From contig CAVXWV010000010.1 of the NCBI GenBank assembly GCA_963765565.1, positions 197,046 through 261,045 of the forward strand: a DNA stretch of 64,000 bases. Reading direction: 5' to 3'. This DNA is from an uncultured Chloroflexia bacterium. GTDB lineage: Bacteria > Chloroflexota > Anaerolineae > Anaerolineales > UBA4823. How positions within the stretch are numbered: the stretch's first letter is position 1; each line of letters begins with the position of its first letter. The notes under the pieces were generated by a model, which did not search any database, was not told the DNA's origin, and was given only the letters and a program-made list of their open reading frames with translations. Made by a program: the position numbers and the translations under genes. This document shows, piece by piece, positions 41,460-50,948 of this stretch.

Positions 41460-44123
41460 ATGCCCACGCCAATTTTGGCCACGAAACTGTATATTCCCCC
41501 GCTCCGGCCTAAAGTTGTCCTCCGCCCGCGCCTGATCGAGCGGTTGAACGAGGGCATGCACTGTAAACTAACCCTCATCTCTGCCCCCGCCGGCTTTGGT
41601 AAAACCACGCTGGTCAGCGAATGGATTGCTGGTTGTGGGCTACCGGTCGCCTGGCTATCACTGGACGAAGGGGATAACGACCCCACCCGGTTTCTGACGT
41701 ACTTCATCGCGGCTTTGCAGACGATTGCGGCGAATATTGGAAAAGGGATGTTGAGGACGCTCCAATCCCCTCAGCCACCGTCAAACGAATCGATTCTGAC
41801 GGCCCTGCTCAATGAAATCACGACCATCCCGGACCATTTCATCCTCGTCCTTGACGACTACCACGTTCTTGATTCCAAACCGGTTGACGAAGCCCTCACC
41901 TTTATGCTCGAACATCTGCCTCCACACATGCACCTGGTCATCGCCACCCGTGAGGATCCACATCTGCCCCTCGCTAGGTTACGCGCCCGGGGTCAGTTGA
42001 CAGAACTGCGTGCCGCCGACTTGCGTTTTACCCCCTCCGAAGCCGCCGAGTTTCTCAACCAAATGATGGGCCTGAACCTCTCGGGGGAAGACATCGCCGC
42101 ACTCGAAGCCCGCACCGAAGGTTGGGTTGCCGGCCTGCAGCTGGCCGCGATTTCCATGCGGGGATATCCAGACACCGCCAGCTTCATCCAATCCTTCACC
42201 GGCAGCCACCATTTCTTGTTGGACTATCTGATTGAAGAAGTCCTGCATCAGCAGCCCGAAGACGTTCAGACTTTTCTGTTGCGCACATCCATTCTTGACC
42301 GCATGTGCAGCCCGCTGTGTGACGCTGTTTTGGGTTCTCCTTCTCCTAACGGGCAGGAAATCCTGGAATATCTCGAACACGCCAACCTGTTCATTGTCCC
42401 ACTGGATGACGAGCGGCGCTGGTATCGCTATCACCATCTCTTTGTCGATTTGCTGCGCCAGCGCCTGGGAAAACCCAAAGAATTAGCCGAATTCCACTTG
42501 CGCGCCAGCCAGTGGTATGAAGAGAACGGCGACCTGGGCGCGGCGTTTCACCACGCCATCGCAGCCGGGGATTTTGTCCGGGCGGCGTGGTTGGCAGAAG
42601 CGGCCTGGCAGGGGATGAATGAAAGTTTCCAGTCTGCTGCCTGGCTTGGCTGGGTGAAGAAGCTGCCAGACAAGCTGATACGCACCAGGCCTGTGCTCTG
42701 TACCCAGATTGCCCAGGCATTTACGGATACCGGCGAGCTGGAGGCCAGCGAGTTGCGCCTGCAGGACGCTGAACGATGCTTGGATGGTTCGGAATTAGCG
42801 AACGAAGCGCAGCTTAAGCCCCTGCCAGCGATGATCGCTTTGACCCGCGCCTACAACGCTCAGGTTCAGGGCGATCCCGCCACAACGGTGAAATACGCCG
42901 AGCTGGCGCTCCAACTCATCCCCGATGATGACTTTGACTGGCGCGCCCGGGCAACCACCATATTGGAGGTCATCCACTGGGCCAGCGGCAACCTGGAGTC
43001 GGCCATCCGGGGGATTGGTGATTCGATGGAGAGATTGACCCAGCTGGGCAATCACGTCATGGTGGTTGCCAGCGCCTTTGCTGTAGCCGACCTGCTGGTG
43101 GGCCTGGGGCACCTGAGCGAGGCCAAGCGGATCTATCAGGATGCCTTGCAGCTGGCGTCCCAACACGGCCCGGAGGCTGAACACATCACTGCCCACCATC
43201 ATCTCGGCCTGTCCATGATCTACCGTCAGCGGGGAGATGACACTTTCGCCGCTGATCACTTGAACCAAGCCGCTGAATTGGGTCTTCAAACCACCCTGGT
43301 GGATTGGCTGTACCGCTGGAATGTGGCCCAGGCCCAACTGAAAGAGGCCGCAGGCGATCTGGAAACCGCCCTGGCCCTACTCGACGAGGCCAATCGGGTC
43401 TATATCCAAACCCTCGTGCCTGACCTGCGCCCTATTGCGGCCCTGAAAGCACGCATCTATCTCAAACAGGGGCGGCCCGATAAAGCCCGGGCGTGGGCGG
43501 CAGAACGCGGGCTTTCGCTGGTAGATGAAGTCAGCTACTTGCATGAGTTCGAGCACCTCACCCTGGCCCGGCTGGAAATCGCTAACCCGCTGGTCAACGC
43601 CCTACTCGCACGCCTGTTGCAAGCCGCCGAAGCGCAAAAACGCCGGGGCAGCGCGCTCGACATCCTGCTGGTGCAGGCGCTGGCCCACGAGGCGCAGGGC
43701 AATCGCCCCCAGGCTCTCGCCGCGCTGGAACGCGCCCTGGCCCTTGCCGAGCCGGAAGGCTATGTTCGCATCTTTGTGGATGAAGGCGAAGCGATGCGAT
43801 TGTTGATTGAAAAAAAATCGCGCAATCGAGACTATCCGCTGAGCGATTATGTGGACAAACTCCTGGCAGCCTTTACACAACCGGTGGCTACGCCAAAATC
43901 AGCAATCATCCATCAAAAATCAGACATGATAGAGCCTTTGAGTGAACGCGAATTAGAAGTGCTCAAGTTGCTCCGCACCGAATTAAGCGGCCCCGAAATT
44001 GCCGGCCAATTGATCGTCTCGGTTAACACCTTTCGCACCCACACCAAAAACATTTTCAACAAACTGGGGGTCAATAATCGCCGGGCGGCTGTCCGCCGGG
44101 CCAAGGAACTCGATTTGTTCTAA
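41460..44123 (+). CDS. MalT-like STAND ATPase / LuxR-family transcriptional regulator (copy 3, intact)
   Basis: 887-aa uninterrupted [26 protein letters not shown]-like repeats, C-terminal LSERELEVLKLLRTELSGPEIAGQLIVSVNTFRTHTKNIFNKL. Confidence 0.9.
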   Translation: MPTPILATKLYIPPLRPKVVLRPRLIERLNEGMHCKLTLISAPAGFGKTTLVSEWIAGCGLPVAWLSLDEGDNDPTRFLTYFIAALQTIAANIGKGMLRTLQSPQPPSNESILTALLNEITTIPDHFILVLDDYHVLDSKPVDEALTFMLEHLPPHMHLVIATREDPHLPLARLRARGQLTELRAADLRFTPSEAAEFLNQMMGLNLSGEDIAALEARTEGWVAGLQLAAISMRGYPDTASFIQSFTGSHHFLLDYLIEEVLHQQPEDVQTFLLRTSILDRMCSPLCDAVLGSPSPNGQEILEYLEHANLFIVPLDDERRWYRYHHLFVDLLRQRLGKPKELAEFHLRASQWYEENGDLGAAFHHAIAAGDFVRAAWLAEAAWQGMNESFQSAAWLGWVKKLPDKLIRTRPVLCTQIAQAFTDTGELEASELRLQDAERCLDGSELANEAQLKPLPAMIALTRAYNAQVQGDPATTVKYAELALQLIPDDDFDWRARATTILEVIHWASGNLESAIRGIGDSMERLTQLGNHVMVVASAFAVADLLVGLGHLSEAKRIYQDALQLASQHGPEAEHITAHHHLGLSMIYRQRGDDTFAADHLNQAAELGLQTTLVDWLYRWNVAQAQLKEAAGDLETALALLDEANRVYIQTLVPDLRPIAALKARIYLKQGRPDKARAWAAERGLSLVDEVSYLHEFEHLTLARLEIANPLVNALLARLLQAAEAQKRRGSALDILLVQALAHEAQGNRPQALAALERALALAEPEGYVRIFVDEGEAMRLLIEKKSRNRDYPLSDYVDKLLAAFTQPVATPKSAIIHQKSDMIEPLSERELEVLKLLRTELSGPEIAGQLIVSVNTFRTHTKNIFNKLGVNNRRAAVRRAKELDLF

Positions 44124-44152
44124 CTGACCCAAAATCCCAACTCCGACCCTAA

Positions 44153-44191
44153 CAGGTGGCCTCTAACCATCTGCCGGGGTTTTTTGTTTTT
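44153..44191 (+). terminator. Probable terminator after regulator copy 3
   Basis: Stem caggtgg / ccatctg (one G-U pair) with a 7-nt loop, then ccgggg and ttttttgttttt. Confidence 0.45.
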
Positions 44192-44197
44192 CACCAA

Positions 44198-44257
44198 CAA
44201 TCACAACCTAAATCACATGATTTGGTGATGACGCCTCACCACATCGGGCGGTATCCT
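44198..44257 (+). promoter_or_regulatory. Conserved leader: ATCAC repeats/dyad plus -35-like ATGACG and -10 TATCCT (copy 3)
   Basis: caATCACaacctaaATCACatgatttgGTGATgacgcctcaccac...TATCCT. Same element order and spacing as 30383-30442. Confidence 0.5.
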
Positions 44258-44298
44258 TTGGGCAGATAAACAACGAAAGGATAAACGCGAGGCGCATA

Positions 44299-44592
44299 AT
44301 GAGTGACAAACAAACACTCGACGAAAAACATAACCAGCATCAGTACTACGAAATCCGCCTCAAGGGACACCTGGATGACCGGTGGGCTGACTGGTTTGAG
44401 GGCCTGACCATCACGCTGGAAGAGGACGGCGACACGATTTTAACGGGTCCTGTGATTGACCAGGCCGCGTTGCATGGCTTACTCAAAAAAGTGCGTGATT
44501 TAGGTTTGCCGTTGCTCTCGGTCAGTCCTGTTGAACCCGGACCTCTGACTACACTCGGGACCGGCCAGGCGGATCAGTCAGATGTCAAATAG
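44299..44592 (+). CDS. Conserved ~90-aa protein of unknown function (module copy 3)
   Basis: 97-aa ORF. YEIRLKGHLDDRWADWFEGLTITLEEDGDTILTGPVIDQAALHGLLKKVRDLGLPLLSV. Confidence 0.75.
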   Translation: MSDKQTLDEKHNQHQYYEIRLKGHLDDRWADWFEGLTITLEEDGDTILTGPVIDQAALHGLLKKVRDLGLPLLSVSPVEPGPLTTLGTGQADQSDVK

Positions 44593-44739
44593 TAAATGGA
44601 TATAAGCTACTTGGAAAGGAGATTTGCTTTTGATAACATTTCCAGCTTATTTCAACTCCCGGTAATCGGGTGGCGACCACAATTTTATTCAAGTCCAAAT
44701 TTATAAACCCATCCATATCGTTCAAAAAAGGAGACAAAA

Positions 44740-45192
44740 ATGAATACGATCAAAGGAAGTCCCCTTGGGACAAACAAAGTGACTGCAAGAAATCTGCTAG
44801 ATGTGAGGATAATCCTTGCAGTGTTATGGGTAGCTGAAGTGTTAAGTTCTTTAAACGGGGATACGTACCGCTTAAGTGATTCGGTTGCGTTAAAGTCTTT
44901 ACTTGAGAATACCGGATCTATCAAAGCAACCCCAGAATTATTATTGGTCATGTCGATAATATTTGTGTTTCCCATACTTATGAGTGCCTTAACCCTGATA
45001 TTGAAGTATTCCGTGAGTCGTTGGGCAAACCGCATCATAGGCATACTCTATGCTGTGATTATTCTTGCATTTTGGGTTTTAGGTTTTGTATTGCAATCTG
45101 CTGGTTATGAGTTCGTTTGGTCAACTGCACAACTTGTGTTTGTCTTACTGGTTGTTTGGTACGCCTGGAAATGGACTAACCCTGAAGGTTAA
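44740..45192 (+). CDS. Small membrane protein ending WYAWKW (module copy 3)
   Basis: 150-aa ORF after aaaggag, 4 helices, homologous to 30718..31128. Confidence 0.65.
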   Translation: MNTIKGSPLGTNKVTARNLLDVRIILAVLWVAEVLSSLNGDTYRLSDSVALKSLLENTGSIKATPELLLVMSIIFVFPILMSALTLILKYSVSRWANRIIGILYAVIILAFWVLGFVLQSAGYEFVWSTAQLVFVLLVVWYAWKWTNPEG

Positions 45193-45235
45193 TCCTAATT
45201 TATGATGCCGGTCAAAGGAATTTAAAGAAAATACC

Positions 45236-46258
45236 ATGAAAGCGATTGTATGCACAAAATACGGCACTCCTGACGTTCTTGAACTAAGAGAGGTAGAAAA
45301 ACCTACTCCCAACGAGGATGAAGCACTGGTAAAAGTTCATGCGACATCCTTAAATGCAGCTGACCTTGAAATCCTGAGAGGTACATGGAGTGCGCGTCTC
45401 ACGGGGCCTCTAAGACCAATGCACAATATACTAGGATCTGATATCTCCGGACGCATAGAAGCAGTTGGCAGAAACGTAAAGCATTTTCGGCCAGGTGATG
45501 AGATTTGGGGGGACTTGTCTTTCCCATTGAGCTTTGGTGCTTTTGCCGAGTATGTATGTGTTCCTGAAAATGCATTAAGGCTGAAACCGGCCAGTATGAC
45601 ATTCGAGGAAGCAGCGGCCGTACCTTCAGCGGCAGTTGTCGCCCTGCATAATCTTCGAGGTGTTGGCTCATCTTCGCCCAGTTTTCTTCTATCGGATAGA
45701 GGACAAATTCAGCCAGGAAAAAAGGTTTTGATCAATGGTGCGGGTGGTGGTGTGGGTACCTTTGCAGTGCAGATTGCCAAATCTTTCGGGGCTGAAGTGA
45801 CTGGCGTGGACGGTCCGAGTAAATTGGACATGCTGCGCTCGCTTGGTGCAGACCATGTCCTTGATTACACTCAAGAGGATTTCACCAAAAGTGGGCAGCG
45901 GTATGACTTTATTCTTGATGTTGTCGCATCTCGTTCGATTTTCGATTACAAGCGGGCTTTAAGTCCCAAGGGGATTTTTGTTATGGTCGGAGGTTCTGGG
46001 GCTTCAATTCTTCAAGCGTTTATCCTAGGACCATTGATTTCAATGACCGGGAGTAAGAAAATCGGAATCGTGATGTGGAAACCCAACAATCAAGAAGATT
46101 TGGTGATTTTGGAAGAGCTTTTTGAGGCCGGCAAAGTCGTGCCTGTTATCGGTAGACGTTACCCGTTAAGTGAGATTCCAGAAGCTCTGCGATATCTCGA
46201 AGCAGGACATGCCAAAGGAAAAGTAATCATCAATGTGGAATATAATCACATAACCTGA
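45236..46258 (+). CDS. Medium-chain (zinc-type) alcohol dehydrogenase / quinone oxidoreductase family
   Basis: 340-aa ORF. Nucleotide-binding VLINGAGGGVGTFAVQIAK and the MDR layout, with the C-terminal GHAKGKVII typical of quinone-oxidoreductase-like members. Confidence 0.8.
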   Translation: MKAIVCTKYGTPDVLELREVEKPTPNEDEALVKVHATSLNAADLEILRGTWSARLTGPLRPMHNILGSDISGRIEAVGRNVKHFRPGDEIWGDLSFPLSFGAFAEYVCVPENALRLKPASMTFEEAAAVPSAAVVALHNLRGVGSSSPSFLLSDRGQIQPGKKVLINGAGGGVGTFAVQIAKSFGAEVTGVDGPSKLDMLRSLGADHVLDYTQEDFTKSGQRYDFILDVVASRSIFDYKRALSPKGIFVMVGGSGASILQAFILGPLISMTGSKKIGIVMWKPNNQEDLVILEELFEAGKVVPVIGRRYPLSEIPEALRYLEAGHAKGKVIINVEYNHIT

Positions 46259-46339
46259 CAAAGCAATGATGATCTCCATCAAAAAGCCTGTATCCGTCCT
46301 TAATTTGGACGAGTACAGGCTTTTGTTTATTATTATCCT

Positions 46340-46367
46340 CACCGTGGGTAGGGCACCCACCCTCTCC
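46340..46367 (+). repeat. Degenerate second copy of the tRNA-Ser T-arm/acceptor 3' segment
   Basis: caccgtgggtagggcacccaccctctcc versus tRNA caccgtgggttcgaatcccaccctctcc: 23/28 identical, with all mismatches inside the T-loop. Confidence 0.5.
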
Positions 46368-46564
46368 ACAGAGCGGATAACTTTTAGAGCATCTTCGCCG
46401 GCAGCAACGCTTGGTGAACGAATGTTAAGGTTGGCACGGTTCCAGGTCGGGCACCTCCAAGAACTCCAGGATGGAAGCAGGAGCTGGCTTGAGGTGGTTG
46501 GCATCATAACCCTTTTTTAGCCTATTTTTATATCCACTTTTGGGAAACAGGTGTTAACGATGAT

Positions 46565-48208
46565 TTACGGAGTGGTGGTATATTCCGCCTCTTCAAAGGG
46601 TATGGCCTCGGCCCATTTTTCCTCAAACATCGTCTTGTACTCAGATATGGCTTTGGAATCGTCGCTTGAGAGACTGTACTCATTCAAGCCCATATCGCCC
46701 CAGGAAGAATAGTGCAAGTTTTGACTCCCAATAATCAACAGCTCATCGTCAATCAACATGGATTTGGCGTGCAGCTTGCCGTTATAAAACCGCAGCTCGA
46801 CCAGATCGCTAAGTCCAAGCCGGCTGAGCTCTTTCATTAACACCTCAGTGGCAATGCGGTTTTCCAATCCATTGCTGTTGCTGTTCTCCATAATAACTCG
46901 CACCTGGGTATGATTTTTCTCAACGCTCTCGAGCAAAGCGTTCATCCAGGGTAATGCATTCTCGATTGTGCACACATCCGGAAAGATGAGATTCAACATG
47001 CAGATCATTTCTAATGAGAAATTGACCTCCAGGATATCGATGTGGCTGGTGGCAGAGGCGATGCTCGTTCCAACGAATTCATCTGCTTGCTTATAAACAC
47101 TATTGCGGTAGAGCGAAAATGAGTTTGTATCGCCTTCGGGCGGCAAGAAGTAGCGCAGCGTTTCCGGCACGTGGTCGCTGGTGGCTTTTTTCTCATAACA
47201 GGTGTCTTTCCAATCCGACTGGTCGGCCGGGAAAAACTCCTCGCAGTAGATCTGATTTGCCCCTGTCCACATATCATCATAAACACTCACCGCCTCCTGC
47301 GCGATAGGTCCCGCCATTCCCAAGCCGAGGTCAAACATATCATAGCCCTGGCCTGAAGGATGATCTTTCGGCAGGTGCAGATAGCCGTAATTGAAACCGA
47401 CCCCGGCTACATGACTCCCGTCTAAAACGATAAATTTCGTATGGCTATGTGGGTAGACGCCGGGGTAGTTGGCAACTTCAAGACGCCAGCCGATTTCAGG
47501 ATCCACCATCTTTTCAACCCCCGCCTCTCGAAGGTCTGAAATAGCATCATAGATTTGGGTGCCCCATTCCAGGTCGGAAACTACCGGGTAGTTCCCCAAC
47601 ATGATGCGCACGGTCATGCCGCGCGGGTATTTCTCAGGATTCGCTTTTACGATTTTATACAGTCCAGCCACCCCCTCTGCTAATACGCTTCCAGGGCTGG
47701 GTGATGCTGTATTGGGGTCATACATCATCGTCGTAAAGAGTACCTCGTATTGAACGGTTTTGGGATCCGCAAATACCCAGTCGAAGGCGCCGTTAGGAGT
47801 TGGGGCATCCGAGCTGTATTCTGGTTCTGGATTGGGTGTGTATAAAATTTTTCTGAATTCATTCCGACAATAAGGAATTGTCGTGCCTTCGGGGTAGAAG
47901 CTCCCGCTTAGAATACTCTCGAGCCCGGCACGCTCCAACTGGTTGAGCGCCTGTGGGTCGCAGTGATACGCTTCCTGCAGAGAATAATATGGGTTCTGCT
48001 CAGTATCGGTCCATATCAGGATCAAGCTTCCAGCGGCGTCGGTGGTCAGGTAAGGTATTGCGACTCCTTCAGTTTGAGCCGCAATCGCGGGTTCGCTCCA
48101 GCCATTTGCACCGCGGATGCTCTCGACCAACAGGCTGACCTTACGGATCACACCGTTCGTGTCGTCGATTTCCTGGGTGTACCAGACGATGTGCGGCGCC
48201 CCATCCAC
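46565..48208 (-). CDS. Phospholipase D-family phosphodiesterase (two HKD motifs)
   Basis: 547-aa ORF. HTKFIVLD and HAKSMLIDDELLIIGSQN are HxKxxxxD(+GSxN) motifs. The only canonical start is GTG 48208, and the frame stays open up to the upstream gene's stop. Confidence 0.8.
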   Translation of the reverse strand: MDGAPHIVWYTQEIDDTNGVIRKVSLLVESIRGANGWSEPAIAAQTEGVAIPYLTTDAAGSLILIWTDTEQNPYYSLQEAYHCDPQALNQLERAGLESILSGSFYPEGTTIPYCRNEFRKILYTPNPEPEYSSDAPTPNGAFDWVFADPKTVQYEVLFTTMMYDPNTASPSPGSVLAEGVAGLYKIVKANPEKYPRGMTVRIMLGNYPVVSDLEWGTQIYDAISDLREAGVEKMVDPEIGWRLEVANYPGVYPHSHTKFIVLDGSHVAGVGFNYGYLHLPKDHPSGQGYDMFDLGLGMAGPIAQEAVSVYDDMWTGANQIYCEEFFPADQSDWKDTCYEKKATSDHVPETLRYFLPPEGDTNSFSLYRNSVYKQADEFVGTSIASATSHIDILEVNFSLEMICMLNLIFPDVCTIENALPWMNALLESVEKNHTQVRVIMENSNSNGLENRIATEVLMKELSRLGLSDLVELRFYNGKLHAKSMLIDDELLIIGSQNLHYSSWGDMGLNEYSLSSDDSKAISEYKTMFEEKWAEAIPFEEAEYTTTP

Positions 48209-48289
48209 ATCCAGAACGATGGCGGGAGCGCTGCTGCAGCCTGGAAAGTCGATTTCCTCAACAGGCCCACTTCCCTGCTGGTAAAGTTT

Positions 48290-49165
48290 TTACTCATCGC
48301 CAGCGATCACGATCTCAGCCCATACAGGAAAGTGGTCGCTGGCATCCGTCCGGCGGTAGACGCCGGCCTCGTATGGTATCTGGGTATTGCTGAAGATATG
48401 ATCTAATGTGAGCTTCACACCTGCCCAACGAAAGGTGTAGCCAGTCCCCTGTGTCAACCGCTCCAAACCAACTTGATCCAGGCGTTGATCGAAACTCCTC
48501 ACGCTGCCAGGTGTCCAGGTATTGAAGTCACCCCCCATGATGATCATATGACCCTTCTCTTCAGCTTCTCCAGCCAGGAATTCCCCTTGAGATTCATGAC
48601 GCATTAAAAACATCCAGGTGAGATCCAGATGGGCGCTGTAGACAGAGATATCCCTTCCACCGATCGTAATGGTGGCATTGGCGCTGTTACGACTTTCAAG
48701 CCAACCGGGAATAAAATTAGGCAATACGATTTTCGTCGGATTTTGCAGAGGCCATTTTGCCAGGATTGCGTTGCCAAATAACTTCTGGCGCTGGGGGTTA
48801 AAGGCAGCAGGATAGAATACGTAGTTATAGCGCAATCTTTTGGCTATGGTCTCAACCCCCGCAGCATCTATTTCCTGCAGGAGCAAAATTTCCGCATCAC
48901 GCAATTCGTCCACATCTTCGAGGGTCTCTATGGCCTGTTCAACTTGATCCGCATAGTGCATATTCCAGGTCACGACTCGAAGACTCCCATCGAAATTGTT
49001 CAACTCGCCGGCATAGGAGCCTTCGAAGAATGGCCCTACCGGATTTGAATAATTGCCCTTGGCTCTCTGTTTGGCCAGGTACGCAGCAGCCAGTAGAACC
49101 ATTATAAGAAAAACAATCCATAGTATGATCCACTTATTTTGCAGCTTAACCTCAACTTTTTCCAT
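48290..49165 (-). CDS. Membrane-anchored endonuclease/exonuclease/phosphatase (EEP) family protein
   Basis: 291-aa ORF with an N-terminal TM helix. EEP blocks: LRVVTWNM, ILLLQE, IMGGDFN, LDHIF, SDHFPV. Confidence 0.8.
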   Translation of the reverse strand: MEKVEVKLQNKWIILWIVFLIMVLLAAAYLAKQRAKGNYSNPVGPFFEGSYAGELNNFDGSLRVVTWNMHYADQVEQAIETLEDVDELRDAEILLLQEIDAAGVETIAKRLRYNYVFYPAAFNPQRQKLFGNAILAKWPLQNPTKIVLPNFIPGWLESRNSANATITIGGRDISVYSAHLDLTWMFLMRHESQGEFLAGEAEEKGHMIIMGGDFNTWTPGSVRSFDQRLDQVGLERLTQGTGYTFRWAGVKLTLDHIFSNTQIPYEAGVYRRTDASDHFPVWAEIVIAGDE

Positions 49166-49298
49166 CCATGTCTTGAGTCATAAATTGTACACCCCTACGA
49201 TTTTATCATTCCCGTTATAATGAGATATCTTCACGTCCTGGCTTTTGTTTTACCCGTTGTCCGGTCGTCGTGAGACCGGGTTTGAAAAGGATAATCCT

Positions 49299-50939
49299 AT
49301 GGATCCAAACCTGCTCGACCAAGCCGAATTTGCTGATAATCCCGAACCGCGCTGCCCGGTTGTACTTTTGTTGGATACCTCCGGCTCGATGCAAGGTGAT
49401 CCGGTGCGGGAGCTGAACGAAGGCCTGCGAGCCTTCAGCGATGCACTGAAGAGCGACCGATTGGCATCCCTGCGAGTCGAGGTGGCCGTCATCGCTTTTG
49501 GGGGCAAGGTGCGCGCCCTGGACGTGCGCGGCGAGCCTCGCAAGGGCAACGAATTGATCGCCTTCAACCCGAATGCCCTGGCGCCGCGCAAAATGACCAC
49601 AGAGGTACCCTTCGACGCCCACCAGGCATTTGTCACCGTGGACCAGTTCCAGCCTCCATTCCTGGAGGCCGACGGCGGGACCCCGATGGGCGAGGCCATC
49701 CAGCGTTCGCTGGCCCTGCTGCGCGAGCGCAAGGAGATTTACAAGCAGAACAGCCTGGACTACTTCCGGCCGTGGATGTTCGTGATTACGGACGGCAAGC
49801 CAACCGACCGCAACTGGGAAGCTGCGGCCGACCAGGTCAAGCAAGAAGAGAGCCGCCGGGGGGTGATCTTTTATGGGGTCGGGGTCGAAAAAGCGGACAT
49901 GCAGGTGCTCGGTCGCTTCTCCGATGCCCGCCAGCCGCTCAAGCTCAAAGGCCTGGCGTTCGGCGACCTGTTCATGTGGCTGTCGAAGAGTCTCTCCGTC
50001 ATCGCCCATTCACGGCCAGGGGAGCAAGCTCCCCTGCCGCCTGTAGATTGGGGTTCCGTCGACACCTCGCATGGAGATGCTGAGCCTGCCCCAGTCCTGA
50101 GTGCGCCGCTGGGCGGCGAGGCTGAAGCCGTCGCCCCGTCTGTTTCCAAATGGCGTGTGGTCGGCGCCCTCGCCCCGGGTACCTCGCACGCGCGCCTCGG
50201 CTTGCCTTGCCAGGATGCCCTGGCGTACCAGGCGGGCGAGCGCAGCCTGCTGGTGGCGCTGTCCGATGGAGCCGGGACTGCCGAGTACTCGCAGGTTGGC
50301 GCGCAGACTGCCGTGCAGGCGGCCCTGGATTCGCTGGCTGCTGCCCTGGAGTTGCGCTGGCCTGCGGAAGGAGCCGGCTGGCAGGAGGCTCTGTGCGCAG
50401 CCTTCACGGATGCCCGCTCCGCTTTACAAAGCCTGGCAGAAATCGAGGGGCAGCCCTTGCGGGAATACGCGGCCACCCTGATCCTGGTGGTGGCCACTGC
50501 AGATCGACTGGCTGTCGCCCAGCTCGGTGACGGAGCTGCGGTCGCCGGGGAAGCGCCGGATCGATTATTCCTGGTGAACCGGCCTCAGCGCGGCGAGTAC
50601 GCCAACGAGACCTATTTCCTGACCCAGGAAGACGCCCTGGAACAGGTGCAGGTATCGGTGCATGAGAAAGCAGTGAACTACCTGGCGGTGATGAGTGATG
50701 GCCTGACTCGCCTGGCGCTGCAGCTGCCGGCACACGAGCCCTACCTGCCCTTCTTTCAACCGCTGTTTACCTTTGCTTCTCACGCGGATGAGGAGCAGCA
50801 GGCTGCCGCTCACCTGCTGGAATTCCTGACCTCTGAACGGGTGTGCGCCCGCACGGATGATGACAAATCGCTGGTGCTGGCGGTTCGCATGCCGGACATG
50901 GATCGAGCTCCGCAAGCTGAAGAGACGGTTGTAGAATAA
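49299..50939 (+). CDS. vWA (TerY-like) domain fused to PP2C-family phosphatase domain
   Basis: Track ORF 49245..50939; ATG 49299. vWA MIDAS VVLLLDTSGSM...GGTPMGEAI...FVITDGKPTD. The C-terminal half carries PP2C_2-like blocks (GTSHARLGLPCQDA, VALSDGAGTAEYS, MSDGLT). Confidence 0.75.
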   Translation: MDPNLLDQAEFADNPEPRCPVVLLLDTSGSMQGDPVRELNEGLRAFSDALKSDRLASLRVEVAVIAFGGKVRALDVRGEPRKGNELIAFNPNALAPRKMTTEVPFDAHQAFVTVDQFQPPFLEADGGTPMGEAIQRSLALLRERKEIYKQNSLDYFRPWMFVITDGKPTDRNWEAAADQVKQEESRRGVIFYGVGVEKADMQVLGRFSDARQPLKLKGLAFGDLFMWLSKSLSVIAHSRPGEQAPLPPVDWGSVDTSHGDAEPAPVLSAPLGGEAEAVAPSVSKWRVVGALAPGTSHARLGLPCQDALAYQAGERSLLVALSDGAGTAEYSQVGAQTAVQAALDSLAAALELRWPAEGAGWQEALCAAFTDARSALQSLAEIEGQPLREYAATLILVVATADRLAVAQLGDGAAVAGEAPDRLFLVNRPQRGEYANETYFLTQEDALEQVQVSVHEKAVNYLAVMSDGLTRLALQLPAHEPYLPFFQPLFTFASHADEEQQAAAHLLEFLTSERVCARTDDDKSLVLAVRMPDMDRAPQAEETVVE

Positions 50940-50948
50940 ATTATTGAG

